Origin: Candidatus Wallbacteria bacterium GWC2_49_35
GTDB taxonomy: Bacteria; Muiribacteriota; UBA9980
Assembly (NCBI GenBank): GCA_001791795.1
Contig: MGFH01000236.1
Span: 288 to 64,287 of the forward strand
DNA length: 64,000 nucleotides
Direction of reading: 5' to 3'
Part shown: piece by piece, positions 63,269-64,000 of the stretch
Position numbering within the stretch: the stretch's first letter is position 1
Layout: every line of letters begins with the position of its first letter
The notes under the pieces: generated by a model
Told to the model about the DNA's origin: nothing
Seen by the model: the letters and a program-made list of their open reading frames with translations, nothing else
Database searches by the model: none
Program-made: the position numbers and the translations under genes

Positions 63269-64000
63269 TTAATGTTCTATAAGCACCTTAGTCATTATTC
63301 CATGCTCGGTGAACGAGAGCGCGACTGCTACCTTTTTCAGACTTTTAAAAAACTTTACCAGTTCATTTTTGTCGTCGAGCTCCATAGGCTGTTTAGGGCA
63401 GTACGCGTCGCCGTGAAGCGAACACGAGATCAGGCCGCGTTCTTTGTCAAAGCGGTATTCGCCGCCGGAGGGGCAGTAGGGGAAATATCCGTCCGTTACA
63501 AGCGATTCCCGGTTCAGATTCGCGAGTTCGACGCCTCTCAGCCTGTTCAAGACGTAAATCGGCCAGAGATTGGCGTGGCATGCGGCGCGCATTTTTTCGC
63601 CCCATGCTATATTATAAGTTTTCGATATTTCGACGAAATTGACGGGAGCGACCTCCAACTCGAAATTTGATTCGTGAGTTTCGGCATCCGCGGCCGGAGT
63701 TTTTAAAATATCGGTGAGAATGCTTCGTTTGGTGGCGATGATCAGCTGGTTGTCGTGGATCATTACGTGGAAATTCAGGCCTATCATAAAAAGTTTGTAG
63801 TTTATGGAATATATCGCGGGGCCGCCTTCGGAGGGCCAGACCTTATAAACGCTGAAATCGGTCCGGAAGAATGCGCTCGACATTCTGCGATTTTCCTGCT
63901 CCAGGAACTTCAGAAGTTCTATCAGGAAAGTTTCCGCTTCTTTCATATCGGTAACTCCGATCGACACGAATATCGGATGGTTGAGAGCGCTGAGAAGGAA
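63269..64000 (-). CDS. Hypothetical protein, C-terminal >=243 aa; frame stays open to the right edge
   Basis: The track ORF 63269-63967 begins at an internal GTG. I checked that the upstream codons (…FLLSALNHPIF) contain no stop up to position 64000. Cys-rich tail YFPYCPSGGEYRFDKERGLISCSLHGDAYCPKQP. Confidence 0.55.
   Translation of the reverse strand, partial: FLLSALNHPIFVSIGVTDMKEAETFLIELLKFLEQENRRMSSAFFRTDFSVYKVWPSEGGPAIYSINYKLFMIGLNFHVMIHDNQLIIATKRSILTDILKTPAADAETHESNFELEVAPVNFVEISKTYNIAWGEKMRAACHANLWPIYVLNRLRGVELANLNRESLVTDGYFPYCPSGGEYRFDKERGLISCSLHGDAYCPKQPMELDDKNELVKFFKSLKKVAVALSFTEHGIMTKVLIEH

Noticed and set aside
1-64000. Looked for CRISPR arrays, tRNA/rRNA/tmRNA genes, transposases, integrases and prophage or defence genes.
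   Set aside because: I found no spaced direct-repeat arrays. I found no T-loop-like GGTTCGAATCC-type motifs outside coding sequence. No intergenic gap is long enough for rRNA, and no ORF has recognisable transposase or integrase motifs. This was a by-eye scan only, so small ncRNAs cannot be excluded.

Overview
This 64-kb window is gene-dense. I call about 57 CDS and see no rRNA, tRNA, CRISPR array, transposase or integrase by eye. It comes from an unidentified, probably uncultivated bacterium; a SurA/PpiD-like chaperone, a PilP-like lipoprotein and a BatB-like protein hint at a diderm envelope. Positions 1-8.4 kb (minus strand) hold housekeeping genes: rplU-prp-rpmA-nadD-obg-yqeK, a tandem SurA/PpiD-like PPIase, mazG, accB and partial accC, plus an orphan hypA-like gene. 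Positions 8.4-37.8 kb are a pilus-centred region. It contains a Tad-type core (tadZ-like, tadA/cpaF, tadB, tadC, DUF192) followed by a second TadZ-like ATPase fused to a cNMP-binding domain. It also contains a type IV pilus block: pilB with an MshEN-like N-terminus, pilM, pilN with an extra Ig-like domain, pilO, a PilP-like lipoprotein, pilC and a degenerate-GGDEF/EAL protein. Four large HEAT-repeat proteins (803, 966, 888 and 486 aa) and a few housekeeping genes (hemW, thiT-like, miaA, hfq) are interleaved with these. Positions 37.8-47 kb carry efp, a VWA-TPR (BatB-like) protein, an operon of a STAS protein plus three prepilin-like proteins plus a 686-aa secreted protein, then murJ. Positions 47-64 kb carry sdaA, a Ser/Thr kinase-TPR protein, a ClpA/C-type ATPase, a DASS transporter, three consecutive CYTH/TTM-like genes, an SH3b-M23 peptidase, an NHL-like protein, an ankyrin protein, mscL, and a secreted protein with two CxxCxGxG zinc-finger motifs. 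The candidates I rate highest for novelty are: (a) the Tad core with two differently sensor-fused TadZ paralogs and no pilin, peptidase or secretin; (b) the HEAT-repeat proteins interleaved with both pilus loci; (c) the STAS-pseudopilin operon; (d) a ~110-130 bp intergenic element with internal heptamer arrays, present twice in opposite orientation; and (e) three single-residue anomalies in core genes (BCCP EAMK->EAMN, L27 without a Prp-cleavable extension, EF-P loop tip Lys->Asn). All domain calls are by-eye motif recognition; no database search was run.
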